Shown: piece by piece, positions 40,920 to 51,099 of the stretch
How the letters are laid out: every line of letters starts with the position of its first letter
How positions within the stretch are numbered: position 1 is the first letter of the stretch
Source of the DNA: a virus
Taxonomy: Duplodnaviria; Caudoviricetes
DNA length: 55,574 nucleotides
IMG/VR virus record: IMGVR_UViG_3300033148_008370
Span: 1 to 55,574 of that record
Strand: one strand, 5' to 3'
Translations under genes and position numbers: made by a program
Notes under the pieces: model-generated
Told to the model about the DNA's origin: nothing
Seen by the model: only the letters and a program-made list of their open reading frames with translations
Database searches by the model: none

Positions 40920-43900
40920 TGCAGTTTGCACATTTACATTTACATACAAATTATAGTTTATTAGATTCAATTATCAGGATTGATGACTTGGTGAAAAAGG
41001 TTAAAGAGATGAAACAACCAGCAGTTGCAATGACTGATCATGGTAATATTGATGGAGCTGTTAAGTTTTATCATGCTTGTGAGAAAGAGGGTATAAAGCC
41101 CATAATAGGTTGTGAATTATATCTTGTGGATAATTTGTATGAAAGACCATCATATAAGAAGATAGAGAAGGAGGTTGAATTTATAACTTTATTCTTTACA
41201 GATGATACAAAGAAAGAATTTAAGTATGATGATGTCCTTGAGATCAAATTAAAGACTAAGAATGGAACAAAGAATAGAAAGACATCTACAGTTAAAGTTG
41301 GAGATATTGTGAAAGTAGATGGTCAATTTTTAGAAGTTAAGAATATTAGAAGCAGAAAGAAGAAAACTTGGGTAGATTCCAAGAAGAAGGAAAAGGAGAA
41401 GAGACTTCATTGCACTATTTTGACCAAAAATTGGGATGGTATGAAGAAGTTGATGAAGCTTCTTAATATTGCAAATAAAGATGGGTTTTATTACAAGCCA
41501 AGAGTAGATAAAAAACATTTGTTTGAGATATGTGATTCTGATGTCATACTGATGTCAGCCTGCACATCAGGTCTTTTATCCTTAGATAATTATGAAGAAT
41601 TAGTTATGGATTTTCATAATAAGTATAAAGATGACTTTTATTTAGAGATAATGCCCTTTTCTGATTTTGAGCTTCAAGATAAGATTAATTCAAGAGCTAT
41701 TGAAATGAGTAAGAAATTGGGTATAAAGGTAGTATGCACAAGAGACTGTCATTATTTAAATGAAGAGGATAATGAATTACATGAAGTCTTTCTTGCTATA
41801 GGTCAGAAGGACAAATATGGTAGGAAAATAAAATGGAATGATCCAAATAGATGGAAATTTGATGTAACAGGTTTATATGTCAGCACTGCGAAAGAGATGA
41901 TGAGAGATTTAAAGAAATGTGGTATATCAAATGATATAATAGTAAAGTGTTTTAAGTCAGTAGATGAAATAATATCCAAGTGTAATACTAAGATGGAGAA
42001 GATATACCCTGCTGTTTTGCCTGAAATAAAAGGAAGTGTTGAAGAAGACAGAAAAGAATTTATTAGACAGATAATGGAGGGGAAGAAGAGAAGAGGGTTA
42101 TCAGGTAAAGAAGTGGATGATAGACTTAAAGAAGAAATAAGAGTTATTGTGAATGGAGGTTTTGAAAAATATTTTCTTATTACTTCTGACCTTATAAGAT
42201 ATGCTCGTTCAGTCATGCAGGTTGGAATATCACGTGGGTCAGTAGGTGGATCATTGGTTGCTTATTGTATGGGAATTGTAGATATTAATCCTTTGAAATA
42301 TGATTTGCTTTTTTCTCGTTTTCTTTCAGAGGGAAGAATTGACCAACCAGATATTGATATTGATTTTCAGAAGGACAAGAGATGGATGGTTCAAAAATAT
42401 TTAGAAGACAAGTATGGTTACAATAATGTTGCAACATTGTCCACTTTTCAGATTATGAAAGGGAAAAGAGCAATAAGAGATGTTGGTTCATTGTTTGATA
42501 TACCAAATGATGAAATCAATAAAGTTGCAAATTCAATTAAAACTCGTTCAGCTGGTGATATGAGAGCTGAAGACTCTCTCAAGGATACTTTTGAGCTATA
42601 TGAAGAAGCAAAGAGATTTTATAAGAAGTATCCACACATAAGTGATCTTGCTTGTAGATTAGAGGGATTATATAGACAAGCTGGTTCACATGCGGCAGGT
42701 GTAGTTGTATGTGGAGATGATTTATATTCTGGGAATCAGTGTGTAATAGTCAAGAGAGGTAGTGCTGATAAGGTTATTAATTGGGATAAGAAGGATTTAG
42801 AGTTTATGGGTCTTATTAAGTGGGACATACTTGGTCTTGCTGTCCTTTCTGTTATAGACAATACAAAGGAATTATCTGGACTTTCTCAGGAGGAAATAGA
42901 TAATATTTATCAAGGAGAAATGGATGATCCCAAAGTTTATGAACAATTTGACAAGGGGAATACTATAGGGATACATGAGTTTAAATCCTTTGGTATGAGA
43001 GATTATACCAGAAGGATGGATGTGAAAGAATTTGAAGATATAGTCTCTCTGAATACTTTGTTTCGTCCAGGGACTCTTCGTTCAGGTCTTGCAGAAGAGT
43101 TTCTGATGAGAAAGTCAGGAGAAAGACCAACAGTATATAAAAATGATATAATAAAGAAAATTACTGAGAAGACTTATGGGATTATTCTGTATCAAGAACA
43201 ACTTATGTATGCTCTTGCTTGGCTTGCTGGAATACCTTGGAGAACCTGTGATACAGTGAGAAAAGTTGTAAGTAAGTCTCAGGGAGTAGAAAAGCTACTT
43301 ACATTTAAGCAATTATTTGTTGATGGATGTGTTAAGAAAGGAACTTTATCCAGAAATGAAGCTGATGAACTATTTGATACTTTGAAAGATTTCGGTGCGT
43401 ATTGTCTGTCAAAAGATTCTATAATAGGTATTAAGAATCCTATTAGGATTGATGAATTGTATAATAAATTTGTTTCAGGTGAAGTTCTGAGCACAGAATC
43501 TTTTTATGAAGGAAAAGTAGTCAATAATAAAATAGTTAATATGTGGAAGTCAGGGAAGAAGGAGGTCTTTTTAGTTTCATTCAAGAATGGGATGACCTTG
43601 AAAGCAACTGAAGATCATGCTATTATAACTAAGTATGGAGAAAAGAAAGTTAAGGATATTGTTATTGGAGAGGAAGTTATAACAGCTAAAGGTTATACAT
43701 ATTCAGATGATTATAATGTTGAGATAACAGAAGTTAAGAAGATAGAACCTGTTGGAAAAGAAGAAACTTATGATATAGAAATGGAATTTCCAATTAATAA
43801 TTTCTTTGCTAATGGAGTATTGGTTCACAATAGCTTTAATCGTTGCTTGTCAGGTGATACTGTAATAAATGAATCAGTAAAAGGTAAATCAGGAGCTCAG

Positions 43901-45829
43901 TGGAGAAGGATAACTATAAAAGATGCCTATGAGAAACGAGCAAAGAGAATACAAGTTTATAATACTGATACTGGTAAGTCTTTTGCTGGTAAAGTTAAAG
44001 AGATTGTAAAGACAGGTAGGAAATTTGTTTATGAATTAAGAGTAGAAATTCCAGTCAGTGAAAAGCAGAAAAGAACTCATAAAATAAAAGCAACAGCTGA
44101 ACATAGGTTCTTTACAGATACTGGTTGGAAATGTCTTGGTGATATTAGGATAGATGATAATGTTTTAGTTGAAGATGAAAATTCAGAAAATCCTTTTGAA
44201 TTCCATAAAGTTGTTTATATTGAACCTATAGGGGTTGAAGAAACTTATGATATACATGTGGATGAAAAATATCATAACTATGTTGCAAATTTATTTGTAG
44301 TTCATAATTCACATTCTGTTTCATATTCTATGCTTGCGTATTTAAGTATGTGGCTTAAGGTAAATTATCCAGCTGAGTATATGTGTGCATGTTTAAATTA
44401 TTTTGAGAAGGAAATGGAGAAGATAGATTTGATAAATGACATTAGGAGATTAGGTTTAAAGATAGAGTATCCTGATGTAAATTTAAGTGAAAAGAAGTGG
44501 ACAGTAAAAGATGGTAAACTGATATGTGGTCTTATGGAAGTAGATCATCTTGGAGAAAAAGCTGCTGATAATATAATATCAGCAAGGGGTAATGAGCCTT
44601 TTGAGAATGAAGAAGATTTCATGAATAGGATAGACAAGAGGAGGGTGAATAAGAGAATTATTGATAATCTGAAAACTTGTAATGCTTTATTCAATAGGGG
44701 AGAGAATCCTCCAGATGTAGCTGAATCAGTTTTTAAATTTAATTGGTTTTATGATGAAGCAAGAAAATACAAAGATTATTTGAGTAAAGCGAAACCAAGG
44801 TCTTGGCTTGAGGATTTGGATGTAAAGGATAGGGTTCTCAGCTGTGAAGAAAGTGTAGATTTTCCTTGTCCAAGGAAGGGAAAGAGAAATTATGTTACAT
44901 ATGGGAAGATAGAGAAGGTTCATTTTACTTTTAAGGATTTCTTAAAAGAGAAGGTGGATGGAAGCTGGACTAAATATTTCCATCTTATGGATATGAAGGG
45001 ATTTATGAATACTAACTTTGATCACAGATATTTCTTTGAAAAGAAAGAATTCTGTGAGAATTTAAATGATAAATGGATACTCATGCCTTGTGAAAAATGT
45101 TATCATAAGACAGGGAGAACACTATGGAAAGCACATACAATATTTGAGATGAAAGAATTTTTCAAATGTCCATGGAAATTTCAAGAAGGGATAGATGATA
45201 AGAGATTTCATTATCCTGATGCATGGCCTGTTACTATTATTAGACAACCCAATAGAGAAGAACTTACAGAATGTGTTAAGATTATTAAAAAATGTAAAGA
45301 CTGTCCATTCTCTAATACCTGTGAAGCCTCAGCAACTCCAGTGCCATTATGGATAGGTAGGAAGGCAAAGAATATACTGATTGTCGCTGAATCGCCAGGT
45401 GCTAATGAGGAAAAGGAAGGAATTCCTTTAGTTGGAAGAGCAGGTCAAGTATTATGGGATGGACTTAAAAAGTATAACTTGAATAGAGATCAATTCTGTA
45501 TAAGTAATATATTGAAATGCAGACCCAAAGACAATAAGATATCTCTTTTGAATAAGAGAGATATAAATAAATGTAGTCAGGAGTATTTGAGAAAGGAGAT
45601 TCTTGCTTTAAAACCATCAATAATATTATCACTTGGTGCTTATAGTAAGAACTTCTTTGGGAAAGATGATTCTATGTATAATTTGTCAGGAACATTTGAA
45701 TGGGATAAGAATTACAAGTGTTTTGTAGTTTATGGGATACATCCTTCAGCTGTTCTCTACTCATCTGGAAGTCAGGTATATTTAGATAAAGCATTGGAGA
45801 CTTTTTATAAACTGACATATAGTGTGTAA
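40919..45829 (+). CDS. dnaE: DNA polymerase III alpha subunit with two inteins and C-terminal family-4 uracil-DNA glycosylase
   Basis: HLHLHTNYSLLD, TDHG, RGSVGGS, PDIDID, HAAG, YQEQ; UDG motifs AESPG..E..G.PLVGRAG, KCRP, HPS. Confidence 0.95.
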   Translation: MQFAHLHLHTNYSLLDSIIRIDDLVKKVKEMKQPAVAMTDHGNIDGAVKFYHACEKEGIKPIIGCELYLVDNLYERPSYKKIEKEVEFITLFFTDDTKKEFKYDDVLEIKLKTKNGTKNRKTSTVKVGDIVKVDGQFLEVKNIRSRKKKTWVDSKKKEKEKRLHCTILTKNWDGMKKLMKLLNIANKDGFYYKPRVDKKHLFEICDSDVILMSACTSGLLSLDNYEELVMDFHNKYKDDFYLEIMPFSDFELQDKINSRAIEMSKKLGIKVVCTRDCHYLNEEDNELHEVFLAIGQKDKYGRKIKWNDPNRWKFDVTGLYVSTAKEMMRDLKKCGISNDIIVKCFKSVDEIISKCNTKMEKIYPAVLPEIKGSVEEDRKEFIRQIMEGKKRRGLSGKEVDDRLKEEIRVIVNGGFEKYFLITSDLIRYARSVMQVGISRGSVGGSLVAYCMGIVDINPLKYDLLFSRFLSEGRIDQPDIDIDFQKDKRWMVQKYLEDKYGYNNVATLSTFQIMKGKRAIRDVGSLFDIPNDEINKVANSIKTRSAGDMRAEDSLKDTFELYEEAKRFYKKYPHISDLACRLEGLYRQAGSHAAGVVVCGDDLYSGNQCVIVKRGSADKVINWDKKDLEFMGLIKWDILGLAVLSVIDNTKELSGLSQEEIDNIYQGEMDDPKVYEQFDKGNTIGIHEFKSFGMRDYTRRMDVKEFEDIVSLNTLFRPGTLRSGLAEEFLMRKSGERPTVYKNDIIKKITEKTYGIILYQEQLMYALAWLAGIPWRTCDTVRKVVSKSQGVEKLLTFKQLFVDGCVKKGTLSRNEADELFDTLKDFGAYCLSKDSIIGIKNPIRIDELYNKFVSGEVLSTESFYEGKVVNNKIVNMWKSGKKEVFLVSFKNGMTLKATEDHAIITKYGEKKVKDIVIGEEVITAKGYTYSDDYNVEITEVKKIEPVGKEETYDIEMEFPINNFFANGVLVHNSFNRCLSGDTVINESVKGKSGAQWRRITIKDAYEKRAKRIQVYNTDTGKSFAGKVKEIVKTGRKFVYELRVEIPVSEKQKRTHKIKATAEHRFFTDTGWKCLGDIRIDDNVLVEDENSENPFEFHKVVYIEPIGVEETYDIHVDEKYHNYVANLFVVHNSHSVSYSMLAYLSMWLKVNYPAEYMCACLNYFEKEMEKIDLINDIRRLGLKIEYPDVNLSEKKWTVKDGKLICGLMEVDHLGEKAADNIISARGNEPFENEEDFMNRIDKRRVNKRIIDNLKTCNALFNRGENPPDVAESVFKFNWFYDEARKYKDYLSKAKPRSWLEDLDVKDRVLSCEESVDFPCPRKGKRNYVTYGKIEKVHFTFKDFLKEKVDGSWTKYFHLMDMKGFMNTNFDHRYFFEKKEFCENLNDKWILMPCEKCYHKTGRTLWKAHTIFEMKEFFKCPWKFQEGIDDKRFHYPDAWPVTIIRQPNREELTECVKIIKKCKDCPFSNTCEASATPVPLWIGRKAKNILIVAESPGANEEKEGIPLVGRAGQVLWDGLKKYNLNRDQFCISNILKCRPKDNKISLLNKRDINKCSQEYLRKEILALKPSIILSLGAYSKNFFGKDDSMYNLSGTFEWDKNYKCFVVYGIHPSAVLYSSGSQVYLDKALETFYKLTYSV
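43403..43831 (+). mobile_element. Mini-intein 1 in DnaE (143 aa)
   Basis: CLSKDS...ATEDH...TYDIE...ANGVLVHN|S; too short for an endonuclease. Confidence 0.92.
43844..44308 (+). mobile_element. Mini-intein 2 in DnaE (155 aa)
   Basis: CLSGDT...ATAEH...TYDIH...VANLFVVHN|S. Confidence 0.92.
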
Positions 45830-45874
45830 ATTAACAACTCTCTGTGAAAATTAAAGTTTTAGGAGGTGTGAATC

Positions 45875-46354
45875 ATGAGCAAAGATTTTTTCTATGAGGA
45901 GGAGGGAAATCTTTATGTAAATCTTGGTGAGCCATTTGGAGTGTATAGTATATCAAACATTTTGAGTATTAATACTGAAGACTTGAATAATGCTATGTCA
46001 GAGCAACCTGAGCTATACTTCAAGATAGGTGTTTTTGCTTCTACTGTAGAACATTTAGAGAAGATCAAGAAATCTGATAGAGATTTCATTAAGGCACAAA
46101 TTGATAATGAAATAAGGGAGACTTCTCAAAAGAAATTAACAGAAGCCAAGATTAGTAATCTTATACTTCTGGATAGTAGGTATAAAGAAGCAGAGAAGAA
46201 ATACTTATACATTAAGAAGATAGCTTCTATGGCAAGTGTTTTGCAGAAATCGATGGAACACAAAAAAGACATGCTTGTTTCTCTGTCATCAAATTTCAGA
46301 GAAGAGATGAGATCGGAAATGAGCAATCTAATGAAAAAATTTAAGGAGGTATAA
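45875..46354 (+). CDS. UvsY-like recombination mediator
   Basis: Helical; KLTEAKI, KKDMLVSLSSNFREE; upstream of SSB and RecA. Confidence 0.6.
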   Translation: MSKDFFYEEEGNLYVNLGEPFGVYSISNILSINTEDLNNAMSEQPELYFKIGVFASTVEHLEKIKKSDRDFIKAQIDNEIRETSQKKLTEAKISNLILLDSRYKEAEKKYLYIKKIASMASVLQKSMEHKKDMLVSLSSNFREEMRSEMSNLMKKFKEV

Positions 46355-46357
46355 ATT

Positions 46358-47305
46358 ATGAATGATGAGGAAAGACAACTCAGGGATTTTCTAAACTACA
46401 AGCCTGAGAAGGCTCAGGTTGAGAAGGATTCAAACTACATGAAAGAGAAATCTGGAGGTTCTGGAATGAACTTTCTGGAAATCTCGAAGGGAGAGAATAG
46501 AGTCAGGTTTCTTCCACCCAGAGATCCATCATCAGGTTCAGCTTATGTTAGAGTGAAGAAACACTATTTAAGAGTTACTGATGATGAGGGTAATGAAAAG
46601 AGTGTTTCTATTACCTGCACAGGTGATGACCTTGGTTGTAGGGCAGTCAAGTATCTTCAGTCTCTTGGAGGAAAGGATAACTTGAAGCTTGCAAAGGACA
46701 TAAGGTCAAAGGAGAATGTATATTTTATTGCTTATGACAGGGATTATGAGAAAAACTGCTTAAATAAAGGAAAAGATATAGAGATGAGCAGGGCAGTTGG
46801 AGTTGTAAGGGCTTCATATACTCTTGCTAATAGGATAATTGGTGGTCTCAAACTTGATCTTGATGCTTTTCATCCTTTAAAGGGAAGAGATTTTATTATT
46901 TACAAAGATACAAGTAGAAAGTATCCTGATTATTCTTCTTCCCAGTATGATCTTAAATCAAGTCCTTTATCAAAGAGCAAGGATATCTTGCTTGAGATTC
47001 TGAGAGCTATACCTGATCTGTCAAAACTGACTTCAGTGAGTAGTGAAAAGGCTGAAGAAGCTTATAGACAGGCTTTGAGCAAACTTGTAGATATTCAGGC
47101 AATGGAAGAGTATGAAGCAAAGCTTGCAAGAAATGAAGAAGAATTTGATGCTTCAGAGATTGTTTCTGAATCTGAGATGGATGACTTTTTTGACAATCAA
47201 GAACATAAAGAAGTCAGCGATGTTGAAATTGATGAGTCTGCAAAAAAGAATGATGATGAAGATGATATTGGTAGCATGTTAGATGAGCTGATGTCTTCAG
47301 ACTAA
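46358..47305 (+). CDS. gp32-like single-stranded DNA-binding protein
   Basis: VRFLPP, GRDFII, PDYSSS; acidic tail. Confidence 0.75.
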   Translation: MNDEERQLRDFLNYKPEKAQVEKDSNYMKEKSGGSGMNFLEISKGENRVRFLPPRDPSSGSAYVRVKKHYLRVTDDEGNEKSVSITCTGDDLGCRAVKYLQSLGGKDNLKLAKDIRSKENVYFIAYDRDYEKNCLNKGKDIEMSRAVGVVRASYTLANRIIGGLKLDLDAFHPLKGRDFIIYKDTSRKYPDYSSSQYDLKSSPLSKSKDILLEILRAIPDLSKLTSVSSEKAEEAYRQALSKLVDIQAMEEYEAKLARNEEEFDASEIVSESEMDDFFDNQEHKEVSDVEIDESAKKNDDEDDIGSMLDELMSSD

Positions 47306-47378
47306 CTGATAGCAGAACATGTGATGAGGGAAGGGTTCTCCTTCCCCCTTCCCTCTAAAAATTTTGAAAGAGAGGTTA

Positions 47379-48350
47379 ATGATGAGAAAACCAACAGAAA
47401 AGAATGATAAGTTCATAACATTATCTCAGTATGTGAAAGAAGTTGGGATGACACGTTGGCTTTCAACAAATATTCTTCCTCTTGATATTATCATGGGTAA
47501 AGGTATGCCAATGGGAAGAATAATTGAGATTTTTGGTGCTGAGTCAGCAGGTAAAACCACTCTTTCTCTTGTGATGATGAAAGCATTACAAGAAGCAGGT
47601 GGTTATTTTCTTTATGTGGATGCAGAGAGTGCTTTATGTCCAGAGAGGGCAATAAATTTTATTGGAATAGACCCAGAGAGATGTATTATATTGGAAGAGA
47701 ATGTGATAGAGAAGATATTTCAATATATAGATGATTTCATAGAATGGGTGAGAAGTAAAGATGAAAAGTGTCCCATAGGTATAATGTTAGATTCTATTGC
47801 AGGGACAACTACTGAACAAGAGTCAAAGGGAGATTATATTGGTAAGACTTATAGTGAAAAGCCAATAATAATTTCCAGAGCTTTGAGGAGATTATCCAAG
47901 ATTTTTTCAAGGAATAATGTTTTTTGTATTCTTGTGAATCAGACAAGAGAGATAATGAATGCTCCTATGTATGGGGAGAAAGAGAGAACTCCAGGTGGTA
48001 AAGCAATTAAATTTCATGCTTCTATAAGAATAAAGGTTTCAAAGAGGACAACTTTAGTTTCCAAGTCTCAGAAAGTAGGTATCCTTGCAAAGTTAGAAGT
48101 CAAGAAGAATAAGGTTGCTCCATCAGACAGATGGGTTTTTATTCCCATATATTATGATGACAGGGGAATTCCAAATGATATTGCAACATTTGCTCATTTA
48201 AAAGAAACTAAAATTGTTGAGAAGACGGGAATAAAGAATATTGTTATTCATTACAAGGGAAAAGAAATAGCTTGGAAAGACTGGAATAGCTATATATCTG
48301 AACACAAGGAAGAGATAGCTGAGGATATTCTGTCTTCTATGACAAAGTGA
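47379..48350 (+). CDS. recA: RecA/UvsX recombinase
   Basis: GRIIEIFGAESAGKTT, DAE, DSIA, NQTR, TPGGKAIKFHAS, KNKVAP. Confidence 0.93.
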   Translation: MMRKPTEKNDKFITLSQYVKEVGMTRWLSTNILPLDIIMGKGMPMGRIIEIFGAESAGKTTLSLVMMKALQEAGGYFLYVDAESALCPERAINFIGIDPERCIILEENVIEKIFQYIDDFIEWVRSKDEKCPIGIMLDSIAGTTTEQESKGDYIGKTYSEKPIIISRALRRLSKIFSRNNVFCILVNQTREIMNAPMYGEKERTPGGKAIKFHASIRIKVSKRTTLVSKSQKVGILAKLEVKKNKVAPSDRWVFIPIYYDDRGIPNDIATFAHLKETKIVEKTGIKNIVIHYKGKEIAWKDWNSYISEHKEEIAEDILSSMTK

Positions 48351-48376
48351 AAGATTAATGATTGGAGTGTGATTAA

Positions 48377-49324
48377 ATGTCATTAAATACATCTTATAAG
48401 ATTGAACTGCTCAGAGACAATATACTTGGATTTAGAGAGAATGGGGATGCTGTTATTGAAGCCTCATCTATGAGCTACCAGAAGCCTGTTAAGACTGAAA
48501 GAAAGAAATTTCTTTTGTTTCTTCTCAATAATGGTCATCATTCATGCTTTGAACATACAGATTTTGTTGTAGAGATTAAGTTAGTTAAGTTAGGTAGTAT
48601 AATGAACTTGAATGATATTCAGCATATTAACCTGAAGGATAGATTTGGAAATTTAGGATTACTTTTATTTTCAGATTTTAATGTTAATTCTTATGTATTT
48701 TCTGGTTCTTTGAGAGATTTTATTGATTTTCATAATTATTTTCTCAAGAAGAAGGAATCTGGTTATTTGTTTAGTAAGAATAGGAAATTTAACAGAATTT
48801 TAGATTCTATAAATAATTTCATAGTAGATTTCTTTGATCAGTCTGACAGCTATGAAGGGGATGGTTATAGTATTATTTCTTGGGATGATTTAGGTTTTGA
48901 TACATTTAATAAAAGAGTTCAGTTTAAGTTCAGGTCAAGTAGATATACAATGGATCAACTTAGAACACATAGAAGTCTTTCTTTTATTGCTGAATCACAG
49001 AGAAGAGTTTCTTATTCTGATGATTTTAGAGTTGTGTTACCAGAGATGAAATATCTAAAGGATCATAAGAATGTAAATGACTTGCTGGACAGTGCTATGG
49101 AATATAGTCATAACACATATTCACAGCTTAGGAAATTTAAAGTGAAGAAAGAAGATGCAAGGTGTGTTCTTCCTATGTGCATTGTTAGTAATTATATTGT
49201 CACAGCTTCTTTAAAAGACTGGTGTGATTTTATAAGGAAGAGGATGATACCTGAAACTCAGAAGGAATTAAAGACTATTGCTTCTGGGGTTGACAATATT
49301 TTAAAGGAGGTTTTTAAAATATGA
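48377..49324 (+). CDS. thyX: ThyX-family homolog 2 (THR variant, duplicated N-terminal half-domain)
   Basis: GHHSCFEH, SRYTMDQLRTHRSLSFIAESQR, EDARCVLP, QKEL. Confidence 0.82.
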   Translation: MSLNTSYKIELLRDNILGFRENGDAVIEASSMSYQKPVKTERKKFLLFLLNNGHHSCFEHTDFVVEIKLVKLGSIMNLNDIQHINLKDRFGNLGLLLFSDFNVNSYVFSGSLRDFIDFHNYFLKKKESGYLFSKNRKFNRILDSINNFIVDFFDQSDSYEGDGYSIISWDDLGFDTFNKRVQFKFRSSRYTMDQLRTHRSLSFIAESQRRVSYSDDFRVVLPEMKYLKDHKNVNDLLDSAMEYSHNTYSQLRKFKVKKEDARCVLPMCIVSNYIVTASLKDWCDFIRKRMIPETQKELKTIASGVDNILKEVFKI

Positions 49325-49977
49325 AATTTGGAGATAGAATTGCCAGAGAAGCAAAGAAGGCAGTCAGGGAAGGTTATATTCCATCAGTTAAGCCTGCCTG
49401 TGCCAATTTTGTTTCAGCTATGCTGAGTAGAGCAGGTTGGAAAGGTTCTCTTACAAATTATGTTCCAGACTTTTTAAGTATGGGAAAACAAGTAAATGAT
49501 ATAAGACCAGGTGATCTTGTTATATTTGAGAGGACTTATGATGCTGTTCCTCCTGCTGGTATTGGAAAGGAAGATGATTTAACACATGTAGGTATTATAT
49601 GTGGCAAGGATGATGAAGGTGTTTGGGAATTTGCTCATTTTTCTTCTTCAGCTGATAGACCAGTTATTTCACATCTCTTGGGATATTGGAAGGATCATAC
49701 TCAGCTTTTTATTCGTTTACCTGATAGTCTTTCATCATCAAAGAATTATATTGATTTCAAGATTTTTTATCACCCTACAGCTTCAGCACCCAAAGCTATT
49801 GTTGATTATAAGAAAGAAACAATTAAAGAATTGCTTCTGACTGCTTTGACAGATGATGAGACTGAAATTACTGTAATGAGTCATAAATATGAGAAAGATC
49901 CATTTATAAGAATTGATGATGAAGATGGTAGAGTTGTTTCTGTTGAATTACATATTAAATTTGAGAAAGAGGTGTAA
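49321..49977 (+). CDS. NlpC/P60/CHAP-like cell-wall hydrolase (endolysin candidate)
   Basis: CANFVS, PGDLVIF, HVGI, H. Confidence 0.7.
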   Translation: MKFGDRIAREAKKAVREGYIPSVKPACANFVSAMLSRAGWKGSLTNYVPDFLSMGKQVNDIRPGDLVIFERTYDAVPPAGIGKEDDLTHVGIICGKDDEGVWEFAHFSSSADRPVISHLLGYWKDHTQLFIRLPDSLSSSKNYIDFKIFYHPTASAPKAIVDYKKETIKELLLTALTDDETEITVMSHKYEKDPFIRIDDEDGRVVSVELHIKFEKEV

Positions 49978-49981
49978 GAGA

Positions 49982-50515
49982 TTGAAATTTCAGTTAAATT
50001 ATCTTAAAATTGATGATTCTCTTCCTGATTTAAAGTATGAGGAAGAGAACAGTGGGATTGATTTATATGTGAGAGAAAATGTTCTGATACCTCCAAGTCT
50101 GGGTTTGATACAATTAGGGGGTCAACAGAATGGTATAATACTCCCTGACAAGAATATGAATCAGAGGAATATAGTTACTGTGGGGCAAGTTAAACCTGCA
50201 TCATCTGTTCCTCTCAACATTGTATTGAAGGGAGATTATAGAGTCAGCTATTTACTTGTTTCAAGGTCATCTCTACATAAGAGGTCATTATATTTAGCAA
50301 ATTCAGTTGGAGTAATTGATCCAAGCTATGAAGGTGAGAATGATGAAATAAGAGCAATGATACTTAATTTCTCTCCAATTCCAGTGTATATCAGAAAGGG
50401 AGAGAGAATATGTCAATTGTTATTTTTGGGTAGAGCTCAAATAAATGATTTAGTAAAAGTTAAAGAACATTGGGGTTCCAGGTCAAGAGGCGGTTTTGGT
50501 TCCACTGGAATTTAA
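49982..50515 (+). CDS. dut: Trimeric dUTPase
   Basis: GIDL, SRSS, GVIDPSYEG, RICQL, RGGFGSTG; TTG start with SD GAGGTG. Confidence 0.92.
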   Translation: MKFQLNYLKIDDSLPDLKYEEENSGIDLYVRENVLIPPSLGLIQLGGQQNGIILPDKNMNQRNIVTVGQVKPASSVPLNIVLKGDYRVSYLLVSRSSLHKRSLYLANSVGVIDPSYEGENDEIRAMILNFSPIPVYIRKGERICQLLFLGRAQINDLVKVKEHWGSRSRGGFGSTGI

Positions 50516-50524
50516 AAGAAGGAG

Positions 50525-50797
50525 GTGAAGATGATGAGCTTTTTTGATATTCTTTCAATTTTGTCTGTTTTTCTTAGAGACCCTGACATCGCTGAGTTTG
50601 CAACAGAATATGGATTAGGGTTTCTGATCAAGCTGATTTCTTATGTAAGGGAAGCTGAAAAGACCTTCTCTGGTCGCAAGAGAGGGGAAGAGAAACTTGA
50701 TTTTGTCTTGAAAAAGATGTCTTATTTAGACAATGTAAACCTGCAAGAATTGATTTCAGTTATTGTTAAACTTGTGAATAAGCTGAGTAGGAGGTGA
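50525..50797 (+). CDS. Holin-like protein (LL-H family-like) 1
   Basis: VREAEK...GEEKLDFV...I..IV. Confidence 0.5.
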   Translation: MKMMSFFDILSILSVFLRDPDIAEFATEYGLGFLIKLISYVREAEKTFSGRKRGEEKLDFVLKKMSYLDNVNLQELISVIVKLVNKLSRR

Positions 50798-51099
50798 GGA
50801 GATTGAATTTTCAGTTTGTAAATAAAAAAATTATTGAGTTTTTTGAGAATGCACATGTAATTGATTTTTTGACTTTATATGGAACTTCAGCTATTAGAGA
50901 AATGTCTGAGTATGTCAGGGAAGCAGAAATTCTTTTTTCAGAACCTGGAAGAGGGAAAGAAAAGCTTCTGTTTGTTCTTGAGAAAGTTCATGACTTGATG
51001 GTAAAAATGGAAACAATTGAAGAAGGTGATCAGATCCCTGATTGGATTGAAGATGTAATAGAAGCCATAGTGAAACTTGTAAATGCATTCACTGATTAA
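50794..51099 (+). CDS. Holin-like protein (LL-H family-like) 2, paralog of previous
   Basis: VREAEI...GKEKLLFV...IEAIVKLVN. Confidence 0.5.
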   Translation: MRRLNFQFVNKKIIEFFENAHVIDFLTLYGTSAIREMSEYVREAEILFSEPGRGKEKLLFVLEKVHDLMVKMETIEEGDQIPDWIEDVIEAIVKLVNAFTD

